The position numbers and the translations under genes were made by a program. The notes below the pieces were generated by a model. That model was not told where the DNA came from, made no database searches, and saw only the letters and a list, made by a program, of their open reading frames with translations. From Cellvibrionales bacterium UBA1963 (GTDB taxonomy: Bacteria > Pseudomonadota > Gammaproteobacteria > Pseudomonadales > UBA7434): DNA of 64,000 nt. Positions 25,800 through 36,780 of this stretch are shown here, in pieces; position 1 is the first letter of the stretch, and each line of letters starts with the position of its first letter. The stretch spans positions 18,116 to 82,115 of the forward strand of contig DDED01000160.1 in NCBI GenBank assembly GCA_002336035.1, read 5' to 3'.

Positions 25800-27130
25800 T
25801 AACCTAGGCTGGTCTTAACGCTGTGATAAAAAATCACTAGCACGCCGGCGGGGGCAATAAAGCGTAAACTAATAAACCAAAGATTAAACAGGCCGCTCGA
25901 CAGTGTATTGACTTCTTTACGAACCCTTGTATAGCCTAACTTCCAACCCACGAATAGCGCAATTAGCAGGCCGCCGAGAGGCAGCATAATATTGGCAGTT
26001 AAAAAGTCCAAGGTATCGAAAACCGTATTGGAATAAATGCTTGCAATGCCACCAAGCCAGCACAAGACGCTTAAGCCGACCGTGGCCATTAGACGTGAAC
26101 TTCCGAGCTTTTCTAGCCAAGCGATGCCTGGCTCGATAAGTGAAATAGAGGAGCTTAACGCAGCGATCGCTACCAGCACAAAAAAGCCAGTGCCAAAAAA
26201 AGCGCCACCCCACATACCGGAAAAAGCAATAGGTAATGTCTCGAATAGCAAACCTGGGCCAGATCCTGGTGCCAAGCCACTGGCAAATACCAGCGGAAAA
26301 ATAGCCATGCCAGCAATTAATGCAATGAGAGTATCAAGCCCAGCAACGACCACAACTGCACTTGAGATAGACTGATCGGCTGACATGTAAGAGCCATACA
26401 CCATGACCGTTCCCATGCCGAGGCTCAGGGTAAAAAATGCGTGGCCCATAGCGACTAATACAGATTGCCCCGTAAGCTTGCTAAAGTCGGCTGCGAACAT
26501 AAAATCTAAACCTTGTTGGAACTCGCCATTTTTGAAGGCGTACCATAGCAACAGTAATAGCAAGGCAAATAAGATAGGCATCAAAATATTGACGGCATTA
26601 CCAATGCCTCTGGTCACGCCAAGTCCTACGATGGTTGCTGTGGCAGTAATGAATACGGTGTGCCACAGTAGTTGGCGGCCACTATTTTGGGCCAAGTCAC
26701 CAAAACCCGCTGCGATTGTTTGTGCGTCTTGACCAATATAGGAAGAGCGGGCGCTTTGAAAAACGTATTCGAGTGACCAGCCTGCAACCACGCTGTAATA
26801 CATTAAGATCATGATGCCAGCGGCAACCCCCATCAGGCCAATAAACGCCCAGAGCTTACTTGCGCCTGCGACACGAGCCTGCGATAACATTGAGTGAACT
26901 GGATTGGCACGACCTTTTCGGCCAAGTAAGACCTCGGCCATCATAATAGGTACGCCAAGCATCATAATGCAAAACAAGTACATTAACACGAAGGCGCCGC
27001 CGCCATTTTCACCCGCAATATAGGGAAACTTCCAAATATTCCCCAGCCCAACGGCAGCACCAGTAGTGGCTAAAATATATGTCCAGCGGTGAGTCCAAAC
27101 AGGGTAATTTACAGGTTGTTGGGTAGACAT
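25796..27130 (-). CDS. Sodium-dependent transporter, neurotransmitter:sodium symporter (SNF) family
   Basis: 444 aa. GAAVGLGNIWKFPYIAGENGGGAFVLMYL is the NSS signature. The protein is polytopic and hydrophobic. Confidence 0.85.
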   Translation of the reverse strand: MSTQQPVNYPVWTHRWTYILATTGAAVGLGNIWKFPYIAGENGGGAFVLMYLFCIMMLGVPIMMAEVLLGRKGRANPVHSMLSQARVAGASKLWAFIGLMGVAAGIMILMYYSVVAGWSLEYVFQSARSSYIGQDAQTIAAGFGDLAQNSGRQLLWHTVFITATATIVGLGVTRGIGNAVNILMPILFALLLLLLWYAFKNGEFQQGLDFMFAADFSKLTGQSVLVAMGHAFFTLSLGMGTVMVYGSYMSADQSISSAVVVVAGLDTLIALIAGMAIFPLVFASGLAPGSGPGLLFETLPIAFSGMWGGAFFGTGFFVLVAIAALSSSISLIEPGIAWLEKLGSSRLMATVGLSVLCWLGGIASIYSNTVFDTLDFLTANIMLPLGGLLIALFVGWKLGYTRVRKEVNTLSSGLFNLWFISLRFIAPAGVLVIFYHSVKTSLGY

Positions 27131-27176
27131 AAATAACCTTTGTATCGTTTTGTCGTAATCATTCGATCCAAGATAT

Positions 27177-27213
27177 AAAAACGAGCTGACGTTTCACAAC
27201 GTCAACTCGTTTT
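27177..27213 (-). terminator. Hairpin terminator after the NMO-family gene
   Basis: AAAACGAGCTGACGTT-TCAC-AACGTCAACTCGTTTT has one mismatch. A/T runs flank both arms, so it could work in either direction. Confidence 0.55.
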
Positions 27214-27275
27214 ATTATGCACTAAAAAGCCCTTCTCAACGAACCCGTTAGCGCCCTTACTTAAAGGCTCGCCCT

Positions 27276-28400
27276 CTAATCGGTAGGGTTAATCGCTGTA
27301 ATATGGTCGAGTGCTTCGCTGTACTCAGTAATCAGTCGCATCATTATCTCGCGGCAGGATTCAACTTGATTGATTTGTCCTACAACTTGACCGACTGGGT
27401 TGAATGCGACCTTTTGCGTCTCACCACTGCCGGCATAGCGATGGGTTCGGCGGGTGGCATCAAACGTTAAATAGCCTTGTAAGGGCATGGGCAAGGGTTC
27501 GGGTGTGTCTGGCTTGTCCCATGCTTCCGTCCATTCGTTTTTAAGCATCCTAGCTGTTTTGCCTGTAAACGAGCGTGAGCGAATGGTGTCTTCAGAGCTG
27601 GCGTTCATATACGACTCGCGCTGTGCGGGTTCAGCCGCTGCTTCGGTAGCATTGAGCCACATTGAGCCCAGCCAAACACCTTCAACACCCATACTCATAG
27701 CCGCTAACATTTGGCGGCCGTTAGCGATGCCACCTGCAGCCAATACGGGTAAGGGGGCGATCGCGTCGACCATTTGTGGCCAAAGCACCATTGAGGTGAC
27801 CTCACCGGCATGGCCGCCACCCTCAGAGCCCTGACAAATAACGAAGTCGAGGCCAGCTTTTTTATGATTAATACCATGTTTTAGTCGGCCAGCGAGAGCA
27901 CCGATTAAACGGCCTGATTGGTGGACTTGATCAACAATATTAGCAGGCGGTGTGCCAAGCGCATTGACGATCATACGGCATTTATCTCGGGTTAAAGCTT
28001 CATCGACGAGTAATTGAGCTTGAGCTTCAGAGAAACTTAAAGTGACTTCGTCGTCGCCTTCCGGCCAAGCAGGAACATTATGGTCTTGCAATAGGCCTTC
28101 AGCAAATTCGCGATGCTGTTCTGGAATGGCAGCTTGGAGCATTTCAACCAACTTTTCTGGGTCTGTTTCACCCTGGCCCTCGTATTTTTGTGGGATTGCG
28201 GTGTCGACACCGTAAATGTGATCACCAATATGTTCATCAATCCAGTCGAGCTCTTCTTTTAATTGTTTGGGAGAAAATCCTACCGCTCCTAATACGCCGA
28301 TACCGCCGGCTTTAGATACGGCGACAACGACATCACGGCAGTGGGTGAAAGCGAAAATAGGTAATTCAACACCTAATTTTTTACATAAATCAGTTTGCAT
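27276..28400 (-). CDS. Nitronate monooxygenase (2-nitropropane dioxygenase, NMO) family FMN enzyme
   Basis: LGVELPIFAFTHCRDVVVAVSKAGGIGVLG, QGSEGGGHAG and AAGGIANGRQ. I prefer the start at 28400 (MQTDL...) with GGAGAA upstream. The ORF remains open to 28493. Confidence 0.78.
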   Translation of the reverse strand: MQTDLCKKLGVELPIFAFTHCRDVVVAVSKAGGIGVLGAVGFSPKQLKEELDWIDEHIGDHIYGVDTAIPQKYEGQGETDPEKLVEMLQAAIPEQHREFAEGLLQDHNVPAWPEGDDEVTLSFSEAQAQLLVDEALTRDKCRMIVNALGTPPANIVDQVHQSGRLIGALAGRLKHGINHKKAGLDFVICQGSEGGGHAGEVTSMVLWPQMVDAIAPLPVLAAGGIANGRQMLAAMSMGVEGVWLGSMWLNATEAAAEPAQRESYMNASSEDTIRSRSFTGKTARMLKNEWTEAWDKPDTPEPLPMPLQGYLTFDATRRTHRYAGSGETQKVAFNPVGQVVGQINQVESCREIMMRLITEYSEALDHITAINPTD

Positions 28401-28694
28401 GGGTTTCTCCAGAAAGCAGTCTTTAACAATGACGTCTAAGGTACTGATGATTGCACTGTTTGCCAATAGCCTTAAGCGCTTTGTGCTTAACAAAAGGCAT
28501 CAAATCGACACCTTTAATGGTCAAAAAGGCGATATAGGGTTTAAAAACCGCAAATTTAACGGGTTTAGTTAATGGATACGGGAATAATACCGAGCGATAG
28601 GCAAGATCGGCTTTAATGCGCCGGTGGCTTGTGTATAATCGCGCCGCTTACCGCGCACCATCATGGCTTATGCCACTTTAGGAGTATCACCACC

Positions 28695-30530
28695 GTGACT
28701 GAACAAATGAACACGAAGCAGCTACGAAATATCGCCATCATTGCCCATGTTGATCATGGCAAAACGACATTGGTTGATAAGCTGTTAGAGCAATCAGGGA
28801 CGCTAGATCGCCGTGATCAAGGGACCGAAAGGATCATGGACTCAAATGATCAAGAAAAAGAGCGTGGAATTACGATCTTAGCGAAAAATACCGCGATTAA
28901 CTGGCGAAATCATCACATTAATATTGTTGATACGCCAGGTCACGCCGACTTTGGTGGTGAAGTTGAGCGGGTATTGTCGATGGTGGATTCAGTTTTGCTG
29001 CTGGTCGATGCGGTTGATGGCCCGATGCCACAAACCCGATTCGTGACTCAAAAAGCGTTTGCGCGTGGCTTAAATCCAATTGTTGTTATTAATAAGATCG
29101 ACCGACCTGGCGCTAGGCCCGATTGGGTCATGGATCAAGTGTTCGATTTATTTGATCGTCTTGGTGCAACAGACGAACAGTTAGACTTTCCAGTAGTTTA
29201 TGCCTCGGCATTGAACGGCATAGCGGGATTAGATGAAAATGCAATGGGCGAAGACATGAACCCATTATTAGAATTAATACTTGAGCATGTCCAACCCCCG
29301 CAGGTCGATGCTGAAGGTGACTTTCAAATGCAAATCAGTGCATTGGATTATTCAAGCTATGTTGGCGTCATTGGCGTTGGTCGAGTTACTCGCGGCACGA
29401 TTAAGCGCAATACACAGGTTACTATTGTTGACGGTGAAAATAAAACCAGGGCAGGTAGGGTGCTCGATATTTTAGGTAATATGGGCGTTGAGCGCGTTCC
29501 CGTAGATGAAGCGACGGCAGGCGATATTATTTGTATCACTGGTATTGATGGCCTAAATATTTCAGACACGTTATGTTCGCCCGATGCCGTTGAAGCACTT
29601 CCGCAACTCACTGTTGATGAGCCAACCGTATCGATGACTTTTCAGGTGAATGATTCACCCTTTGCTGGGTTAGAAGGTAAGTTTGTTACCAGTCGAAACA
29701 TCAAAGAACGACTTGATCGAGAGTTGTTGCACAATGTGGCACTGAGGGTTGAGCAAGGCGACAGCGCCGATAAGTTTGTGGTTTCGGGTCGAGGTGAATT
29801 GCATTTGTCAGTATTAATCGAAACGATGCGCCGTGAAGGATTTGAGCTTAGCGTCGGTCGACCCGAAGTGGTTCAGCGAACAGTTGATGGTGTGATAGAA
29901 GAGCCGTTTGAATCGGTGGTCGTCGATTGTGAGGAGCAACATCAAGGCTCAGTGATGGAAGCGTTAGGTACTCGGAAAGGCGACCTAAAAAACATGGTGC
30001 CTGATGGAAAAGGACGAGTAAGGTTGGATTATATCATCCCGGCTCGCGGTTTAATTGGTTTTCGTTCTGAATTTTTAACCATGACATCCGGTTCGGGTAT
30101 TCTTACCTCTATTTTTGATCACTATGGTCAGGTAAAAGTGGGTGAGGTTCAATCGCGCAGCAACGGCGTGTTAATAAGTAATGTAAAAGGCAAGACGCTT
30201 GCTTATGCATTGTTTAACTTACAGGGCCGTGGCCGCCTAATGATTGACGCTAATTTAGATGTATATGAAGGTCAGGTTATGGGTATTCATAGTCGCGGTA
30301 ATGACTTAACAGTTAACCCCACTAAGGCGAAACAATTAACCAATGTTCGCGCATCAGGTACTGATGAGGCGACCGTGCTGTCGCCGCCGATTCGATATAC
30401 TCTTGAACAAGCGTTGGAATTTATTGAAGACGATGAGTTGGTGGAAGTAACGCCAGAAAGTATTCGGATTCGTAAAAAGTTATTACTTGAGCACGAGCGA
30501 AAACGTGCCGCACGACCTGCAAAAGCGTAA
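28695..30530 (+). CDS. typA: Translational GTPase TypA/BipA
   Basis: [27 protein letters not shown] and NKID. The start is GTG 28695 (AGGAG upstream) or ATG 28707. The ORF-track extension to 28629 is unlikely. Confidence 0.92.
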   Translation: MTEQMNTKQLRNIAIIAHVDHGKTTLVDKLLEQSGTLDRRDQGTERIMDSNDQEKERGITILAKNTAINWRNHHINIVDTPGHADFGGEVERVLSMVDSVLLLVDAVDGPMPQTRFVTQKAFARGLNPIVVINKIDRPGARPDWVMDQVFDLFDRLGATDEQLDFPVVYASALNGIAGLDENAMGEDMNPLLELILEHVQPPQVDAEGDFQMQISALDYSSYVGVIGVGRVTRGTIKRNTQVTIVDGENKTRAGRVLDILGNMGVERVPVDEATAGDIICITGIDGLNISDTLCSPDAVEALPQLTVDEPTVSMTFQVNDSPFAGLEGKFVTSRNIKERLDRELLHNVALRVEQGDSADKFVVSGRGELHLSVLIETMRREGFELSVGRPEVVQRTVDGVIEEPFESVVVDCEEQHQGSVMEALGTRKGDLKNMVPDGKGRVRLDYIIPARGLIGFRSEFLTMTSGSGILTSIFDHYGQVKVGEVQSRSNGVLISNVKGKTLAYALFNLQGRGRLMIDANLDVYEGQVMGIHSRGNDLTVNPTKAKQLTNVRASGTDEATVLSPPIRYTLEQALEFIEDDELVEVTPESIRIRKKLLLEHERKRAARPAKA

Positions 30531-30537
30531 TGGTTAC

Positions 30538-30975
30538 ATGCGAGCACTGATACAACGAGTCAGTTCAGCATCGGTGAGTGTTGATGGCCGAGTTGTTGGT
30601 CAGATAGCCAAAGGGCTATTAGTATTCATCGCAGTAGAGACGCATGATAACAATCAGTTAATCGCTAAAATGGCTTCAAAAATTGTCGATTATCGTGTTT
30701 TTAGTGATGGTAGTGACAAAATGAATTTGAGCGTTAAAGACATTAGCGGTGAATTATTAGTTGTCTCACAGTTTACATTAGCTGCAAATACCCACAAAGG
30801 CTTGAGGCCGAGCTTTTCATCTGCTGCGGAGCCTCGCCTGGCGAGAGTTCTTTATCTTGATTGTGTCGAGCAACTCAAGGCTACGTCACTGAAGGTTGAA
30901 ACGGGACAGTTTGCCGCCGATATGCAGGTTGCCCTAGTTAACGATGGCCCAGTCACATTTATGTTAACCGTTTAA
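30538..30975 (+). CDS. dtd: D-aminoacyl-tRNA deacylase
   Basis: MRALIQRVSSASVSV..., SQFTLAANTHKGLRPSF and NDGPVTF, about 145 aa. The ORF-track start at 30487 overlaps typA and is unlikely. Confidence 0.9.
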   Translation: MRALIQRVSSASVSVDGRVVGQIAKGLLVFIAVETHDNNQLIAKMASKIVDYRVFSDGSDKMNLSVKDISGELLVVSQFTLAANTHKGLRPSFSSAAEPRLARVLYLDCVEQLKATSLKVETGQFAADMQVALVNDGPVTFMLTV

Positions 30976-31061
30976 TCGTTACATTTATCGTTTGCGATTC
31001 AATGTTTAAACGCGCACAGCTAAAATTTCACCGCAATAGAATAATCAAATGTTTACCAGCG

Positions 31062-32615
31062 CTATAGTTTTCCTGCATGCTTCATGACATGAAAGATAAA
31101 ATGTTGCTCTACAGTGCCGTTGAGTAAATGGGCCCAAGGGCCTTGTGCGTAAACAGCAACGTCATCGCCTGCATGCGTTTCGGTCGCCAAAGGAACTCCC
31201 GCTTCTTGATGGTAGTGTGCAGTTTCAGGGTCATCGCTGAGGGTGGTTTGCCGAGAGGCTTGGCCGAGGCTTTGAAACCGCGCATATGGATTTTTAGGGT
31301 CGGGGGGCTGGTTATAATAACCTGGCCCATTAGCGTAACTTAAGGTGGTATACGGTTTTTTGTCGGCTGCAAGACTGGGAGAGTCTTCTGCTTCGCCAGA
31401 TGCATTATTGCCAGTGACAAACCCTAAAATTGGATTTCCGCGCGTTGGGTAACCAGCTAAGGTTAATGTATGGCTATGGTCAGCAGTCACCACCATTAAC
31501 GTTTTCTTCAAATTGACTTTTTGGCCAGCAAGTTTAATGGCTTGTTCAAATGCGTAAAAATCCTCTAACGCTCGATAAGCGTTGCCGACATGGTGGGCAT
31601 GATCAATGCGGCCAGCTTCGACAATAAGTAAAAATCGCTTACTCTTTTGTAGCTGTGTTAGGGCGGCATTTACCATTTCACTAAGGCTGGGCTGGCCCCT
31701 TTCGCTGTCGTCTCTATCGGCTTCAAAATCTAGGTGAGAATCTGCAAATAAGCCTAATAGCTTATCGCTGCCGTTAGCGTCATAACGCATTAATTGCCCT
31801 CGATTTTGAAGGTAGCGGCCATGAGGGTGGCGCTCTTGCCAAATTGAGATCAAGTCATTGTCGTCGCTTCGCTTACCTTTTCCACGGGTAGACCCTTTAG
31901 GTAAAAAATGACTACGACCTCCACCCAGTAATACATCAATACCATCGCCGTGTTTAAATTCAACAAACTGCCGAGCAATATCACGACAGCCATTTGCTTT
32001 TGCGTTGCCGGGTAAGTCTGTATCGGTTTCCCAATTACGTTCAGGGCTATGAGCATAACTGGCGGCAGGTGTGGCATGGGTTACTGTTGTCGTAGTAACT
32101 ATACCTGTTGCCCAGTTATTATTTTCAGCAAGCTCTAATAAAGTTGTTATATGCTGTTTATTGCAAGCATTTGAGTCTGCGCGGGCGATATCAGCGCCCA
32201 TACTGAGCACGCCAGCCTTCGTTTTTTCGCCGGTAATCAATGCTGTCATGGTGCCAGCTGAGTCCGGTGTTTGCTGGTTAGTATTGTAAGTTTTAACGAG
32301 CCCGACAGATGGAAATTTCTCAAATGATAAGACGTGCTCCTCACCATTACCACCAATTTTCTGGCCAATATAAATGCGTCCAGCGGTGACGGTGGCAACG
32401 CTCATGCCGTCGCCAACAAATAAAATAATCCCTTCGGCAGTGCGGCGATTAGTTTTCTGATGAAGAGTTTTTTGTAAAGTTCTTTCTGCCGCTTCATAAC
32501 TACTAGCGGTAACGCTGTCTGGTTGAGCAAAGCTATGACTACCAATAACCAAGGTAAGAATGACAGAAAAAAAGGCATAGTGATGGGGGCGCGAATGCAT
32601 CATTGGATTTTCCAT
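31062..32615 (-). CDS. Alkaline phosphatase (PhoA-family fold)
   Basis: 517 aa with a signal peptide. Active-site region TPDSAGTMTAL. Metal ligands are DHAHH and TADHSH. Confidence 0.85.
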   Translation of the reverse strand: MENPMMHSRPHHYAFFSVILTLVIGSHSFAQPDSVTASSYEAAERTLQKTLHQKTNRRTAEGIILFVGDGMSVATVTAGRIYIGQKIGGNGEEHVLSFEKFPSVGLVKTYNTNQQTPDSAGTMTALITGEKTKAGVLSMGADIARADSNACNKQHITTLLELAENNNWATGIVTTTTVTHATPAASYAHSPERNWETDTDLPGNAKANGCRDIARQFVEFKHGDGIDVLLGGGRSHFLPKGSTRGKGKRSDDNDLISIWQERHPHGRYLQNRGQLMRYDANGSDKLLGLFADSHLDFEADRDDSERGQPSLSEMVNAALTQLQKSKRFLLIVEAGRIDHAHHVGNAYRALEDFYAFEQAIKLAGQKVNLKKTLMVVTADHSHTLTLAGYPTRGNPILGFVTGNNASGEAEDSPSLAADKKPYTTLSYANGPGYYNQPPDPKNPYARFQSLGQASRQTTLSDDPETAHYHQEAGVPLATETHAGDDVAVYAQGPWAHLLNGTVEQHFIFHVMKHAGKL

Positions 32616-32640
32616 GTTGAGGGATAACGGACGTTAAATT

Positions 32641-33012
32641 TCAATCGACTAATACGACTTTGATGTAGGCCCGTTTTGATTTTTTTCTGGTTAGCCAAGA
32701 TCCAAGGTCGGTAAGCCGCATTTGCCAGCCATACTTTTCAATAAGAGCGGTATGGGCTTGTTGTATGTCTTCATTGGTGGTTAAGATGAAGGCTTGGCTT
32801 TGCTGCCAATCGCCTAAGACCTTACCGATAACATTACAAGGTGCAATGCGTGATTTTGGAGAATTTCTTAGCCGTTTGACTTTTCCTGCTTGACCAGCAG
32901 AAAAAACATAGTAAGCGGTTTTATCACCAGCAAACCAGACAGGAGTTTCTACGCTTACGCCAGTTTTGCGAAAAGTGGCAAGGCTAAAATAAGCAGCTTG
33001 ATCGAGTGTCAT
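32641..33012 (-). CDS. Pyridoxamine 5'-phosphate oxidase-like (PPOX-class) small protein
   Basis: 123 aa. FSLATFRKTGVSVETPVWFAGD...KVKRLRNSPKSRIAPC resembles the split-barrel PPOX class. The gene lies 25 nt upstream of the phosphatase gene on the same strand. Confidence 0.5.
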   Translation of the reverse strand: MTLDQAAYFSLATFRKTGVSVETPVWFAGDKTAYYVFSAGQAGKVKRLRNSPKSRIAPCNVIGKVLGDWQQSQAFILTTNEDIQQAHTALIEKYGWQMRLTDLGSWLTRKKSKRAYIKVVLVD

Positions 33013-33224
33013 AGTGGGGCTCCAGCGTAGAATAAGATTAAGATAATTACAAAAAGCGGTTTATTTGTTTTGAGTACTCCATATTACCACCATAAAAGCG
33101 CTTGTGTTGATGCGTGAGGCGTCATTTTTTGAGACAATTTAATCCAGCTTAATGCCATACTGTTGTTTCAGCAGTGACCAAAATAACCATACTGGGCCCT
33201 GCATTGATTTATATGGCGTTGATA

Positions 33225-33248
33225 GCCAAGGTCAGCCAAGGTCAGCCA
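33225..33248. repeat. Tandem 10-bp direct repeat (GCCAAGGTCA x2.4) in the parC upstream region
   Basis: GCCAAGGTCA GCCAAGGTCA GCCA was read directly from the sequence, ending about 30 nt before the parC ATG at 33278. Confidence 0.8.
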
Positions 33249-33277
33249 TGATTAGACAATATGAGATCATCGTATAA

Positions 33278-35539
33278 ATGAGCGATACCCCGATAGAACC
33301 CAGTGAGTTTTCAGCAGAGCAATTGTCAATTAAAGAGTATGCTGAGAAAGCGTATCTCGACTATTCGATGTACGTTATTCTTGATCGTGCTTTGCCGCAT
33401 ATTGGCGATGGCCTCAAACCGGTTCAGCGTCGAATTGTTTATGCAATGTCTGAATTAGGACTCAAAGCTTCAGCAAAATATAAAAAATCAGCACGCACAG
33501 TTGGCGATGTGATTGGCAAATTTCATCCGCACGGCGATAGCTCAGTTTATGAAGCCATGGTGTTAATGGCTCAGCCTTTCAGTTACCGCTATCCTTTGGT
33601 TGACGGGCAAGGTAACTGGGGCTCAACAGATGACCCTAAATCATTTGCGGCCATGCGCTATACGGAGTCAAGATTGGCCCCTTATACCGAAGCGTTGATG
33701 GCAGAAGTGTCGCAGGGAACGGTTGATTGGCAGGCTAACTTTGATGGCACGCTTTATGAACCCATTATTTTACCGGCTAAGGTGCCAAATATTTTACTAA
33801 ATGGCACCACTGGCATTGCTGTCGGCATGGCGACTGATATCCCATCACACAATTTGATTGAAGTCGTAAATGCTTGCATTCACTTACTTGAAAAACCGAA
33901 AGCAAGTGTTGAAGATTTATTTGGTTTTATTAAAGGCCCTGACTTTCCAACTGAAGCGGAAATTATCACGTCCCCAGAAACCATCCTCGAAATGTATAGA
34001 ACCGGCAAGGGCAGCCTGAAGATGCGAGCGGTTTATGATACAGAGCAAGGTGATGTCGTGGTGACCGCCTTACCGCATCAAGTTTCAGGGTCAAAAGTAT
34101 TAGAGCAAATAGCGGCGCAGATGCAGGCCAAAAAATTACCGATGGTGGTTGATTTGCGGGATGAGTCTGATCATGAAAATCCGACTCGATTAATTATTGT
34201 GCCAAAGTCAAACCGTGTTGACGTTGATGCATTAATGTCACATTTATTTTCTAGCACTGATCTTGAGCGGAATTACCGCGTTAATATGAACATGATAGGT
34301 GTTGATGGTCGGCCTCAGGTGAAGAATCTTAGCCTAATTATCAAGGAATGGTTATCGTATCGCAGAGGAACTATTCGCAAGCGCTTAGAGTATCGCTTAG
34401 ATAAAATTCTTAATCGACTGCACTTACTAGACGGCTTGCTCATTGCGTTTTTGAATCTTGATGAAGTTATTCATATCATTCGTAATGAAGAGCAGCCCAA
34501 AAAAGTACTGATGAAAAAGTTTGCTCTTAGTGACGCGCAAACTGACTATATTCTCGACACTCGCTTACGACAATTGGCGCGTCTAGAAGAAATGAAGATC
34601 ACTGATGAGCAATCGAAACTTAGCGATGAACGTGATGAGATTGAAAAATTACTTAGCTCTGATAAACGTATGAAAACGCTTATGAAGAAAGAGCTAGAAG
34701 CTGTAATAGAAGAATACGGAGATCAACGTCGTTCACCAATTGTGGCTCGCGATGAAGCGATTGCATATACCGAAGACGATATTAGCAGCGTCGATCCAAT
34801 CACTGTTGTCCTTTCTGCGAAAGGTTGGATTCGCGCAGGCAAAGGGCACGATATAGATCCTAATACGTTAAGCTATAAGTCGGGCGACAGCTTTAAATTG
34901 GCAGTTAAAGGCAGGTCAAATCAGGCGGTGGTGTTGCTGGATTCTACTGGCCGAAGTTACTCGGTGCCTGCCAGGGGCTTACCCTCTGCGAGAGGTCAAG
35001 GCGAGCCATTAACAGGCACAATTAATCCGCCCTCAGGGGCAAGTTTTGAAGGCGCAATGATGGGCGCCGATGAACAATTATACTTACTGGCCACTGACGC
35101 AGGTTATGGATTTGTGGCTAAACTCGGCGATATGCACGCAAATAAAAAAGCGGGTAAGACATTAATTAAAATTCCTAAAGGCGGCGAAGTGATTGCACCA
35201 CAGATCATTGATGATCTTGATAATAGCTTACTCGTTTCCGTTAGCAATGAAGGCAGAATGTTAATCTTCCCCATCACCGACTTGCCTATAATGGCTCGCG
35301 GTAAAGGCAATAAGATTATGAATATACCCAGTTCTAAATTAGTCAGCCGTGACGAATTTATGTTAGCGACAGCGGTAATGAAAAAAGAAGATAGCCTAGT
35401 GATACATGCAGGTAAGCGCTATTTAAAAATGAAATACACTGATCTTGAACACTATATTGGAGAACGTGCTCGGCGCGGCAATAAGCTTCCTCGAGGTTTT
35501 CAAAAGGTCGATTCAATGGTTGTTGACGTTAAAGAGTAG
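33278..35539 (+). CDS. parC: DNA topoisomerase IV subunit A
   Basis: 753 aa, with [32 protein letters not shown] and the active-site [10 protein letters not shown]. ParC length. Confidence 0.95.
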   Translation: MSDTPIEPSEFSAEQLSIKEYAEKAYLDYSMYVILDRALPHIGDGLKPVQRRIVYAMSELGLKASAKYKKSARTVGDVIGKFHPHGDSSVYEAMVLMAQPFSYRYPLVDGQGNWGSTDDPKSFAAMRYTESRLAPYTEALMAEVSQGTVDWQANFDGTLYEPIILPAKVPNILLNGTTGIAVGMATDIPSHNLIEVVNACIHLLEKPKASVEDLFGFIKGPDFPTEAEIITSPETILEMYRTGKGSLKMRAVYDTEQGDVVVTALPHQVSGSKVLEQIAAQMQAKKLPMVVDLRDESDHENPTRLIIVPKSNRVDVDALMSHLFSSTDLERNYRVNMNMIGVDGRPQVKNLSLIIKEWLSYRRGTIRKRLEYRLDKILNRLHLLDGLLIAFLNLDEVIHIIRNEEQPKKVLMKKFALSDAQTDYILDTRLRQLARLEEMKITDEQSKLSDERDEIEKLLSSDKRMKTLMKKELEAVIEEYGDQRRSPIVARDEAIAYTEDDISSVDPITVVLSAKGWIRAGKGHDIDPNTLSYKSGDSFKLAVKGRSNQAVVLLDSTGRSYSVPARGLPSARGQGEPLTGTINPPSGASFEGAMMGADEQLYLLATDAGYGFVAKLGDMHANKKAGKTLIKIPKGGEVIAPQIIDDLDNSLLVSVSNEGRMLIFPITDLPIMARGKGNKIMNIPSSKLVSRDEFMLATAVMKKEDSLVIHAGKRYLKMKYTDLEHYIGERARRGNKLPRGFQKVDSMVVDVKE

Positions 35540-35547
35540 CTATAACA

Positions 35548-36780
35548 ATGAGCGATGTTAGCTTAATAAAGATCTCAGGCCCTGATCAAACTGGCATTAC
35601 TCAGGCAGTGACAGCCATTTTAGCTGACTATTCAGTAAATGTTCTCGATATTGGTCAAGCGGTCATACACAATAATTTAGCGTTGGGGATTCTGGCTGAA
35701 ATTCCTGATCAGGCCGATATAAAAAGTTGCTTCAATCAGCTCAAAGAGACCGTAGAGCAACTTGGTATGTCAATAGAGTTTGATGCTGTGAGCGCTGTTG
35801 ACTATCAGCATTGGATAGGCGAGCAAGGTAAGCCGCGGCATATTTTAACGCTGTTGGTTAGAAAAGTGAGTGCTGAGCATATTAACGCGGTCACTAGTTT
35901 AGCCTCTCAGTATGGCCTGAATATTGATAAAATCACTCGTCTTTCAGGTCGTGTTCCTCTCGATTCAATCGAAAAGTCCCAAGCTTGTGTTGAGTTTTCA
36001 ATGCGAGGCGAATTAACGGATAAAATAAAAGTACGGCGATCGTTGCTTGAGCTGACAAACACGTTGGATATGGATATCGCCTATCAAGAGGATGATATGT
36101 TTCGTCGTAATCGTCGTCTTGTCGTGTTTGATATGGACTCTACTTTAATTGAAGCGGAAGTGATTGATGAATTAGCTAAAGCTGCCGGCGTTGGTGCAGC
36201 AGTTTCAATGATCACCGAATCAGCAATGCAAGGCGAAATTGATTTTGATGAAAGTTTTCGTCGTCGAGTTGCATTACTGGCTGGATTAAAAGATTCTGCT
36301 CTGCAGCAAGTAGCCGACGGGCTACAATTAACAGAAGGCGCAGAGACACTAATAAGTACATTAAAAACCCTCGGTTATAAAACGGCTATTTTATCAGGTG
36401 GCTTCAGTTATTTTGCAAATAAATTGCGTGACAAGTTAGGTTTTGATTATGTTTATGCTAACCAGCTTGATATTAAAGACGGTGTTGTTACTGGCGAGGT
36501 GGTCGGTGATATTGTGAATGGCGAACGAAAAGCTGAGTTATTAAAGGATATCGCTAGTCGTGAAAATATAGCACTTGAACAAGTCATTGCTGTAGGTGAT
36601 GGAGCAAATGATCTGCCGATGTTGAGCGTCGCCGGTCTAGGTATTGCTTTTCGTGCTAAGCCGATTGTTAAAGCCTCGGCTCGACAGTCAATTTCAACCT
36701 TAGGACTTGATAGTATTATTTATTTGCTGGGGATAAGCGACAGAGAACGAATAGCCGCTAAAAATAATAAAAAGCGTTAG
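35548..36780 (+). CDS. serB: Phosphoserine phosphatase SerB with N-terminal ACT-like domains
   Basis: 410 aa, with HAD motifs VVFDMDSTLI and VGDGANDLPML. The long N-terminal regulatory region matches the Pseudomonas-type SerB. Confidence 0.85.
   Translation: MSDVSLIKISGPDQTGITQAVTAILADYSVNVLDIGQAVIHNNLALGILAEIPDQADIKSCFNQLKETVEQLGMSIEFDAVSAVDYQHWIGEQGKPRHILTLLVRKVSAEHINAVTSLASQYGLNIDKITRLSGRVPLDSIEKSQACVEFSMRGELTDKIKVRRSLLELTNTLDMDIAYQEDDMFRRNRRLVVFDMDSTLIEAEVIDELAKAAGVGAAVSMITESAMQGEIDFDESFRRRVALLAGLKDSALQQVADGLQLTEGAETLISTLKTLGYKTAILSGGFSYFANKLRDKLGFDYVYANQLDIKDGVVTGEVVGDIVNGERKAELLKDIASRENIALEQVIAVGDGANDLPMLSVAGLGIAFRAKPIVKASARQSISTLGLDSIIYLLGISDRERIAAKNNKKR

Noticed and set aside
28629-28694. 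N-terminal extensions of typA (28629), dtd (30487), orn (43036), efp (37978), slyX (52598) and the NMO gene (28493) as listed in the ORF track
   Set aside because: The conserved protein N-termini begin at internal starts with better RBS context, and the extensions add non-homologous residues or overlap upstream genes.
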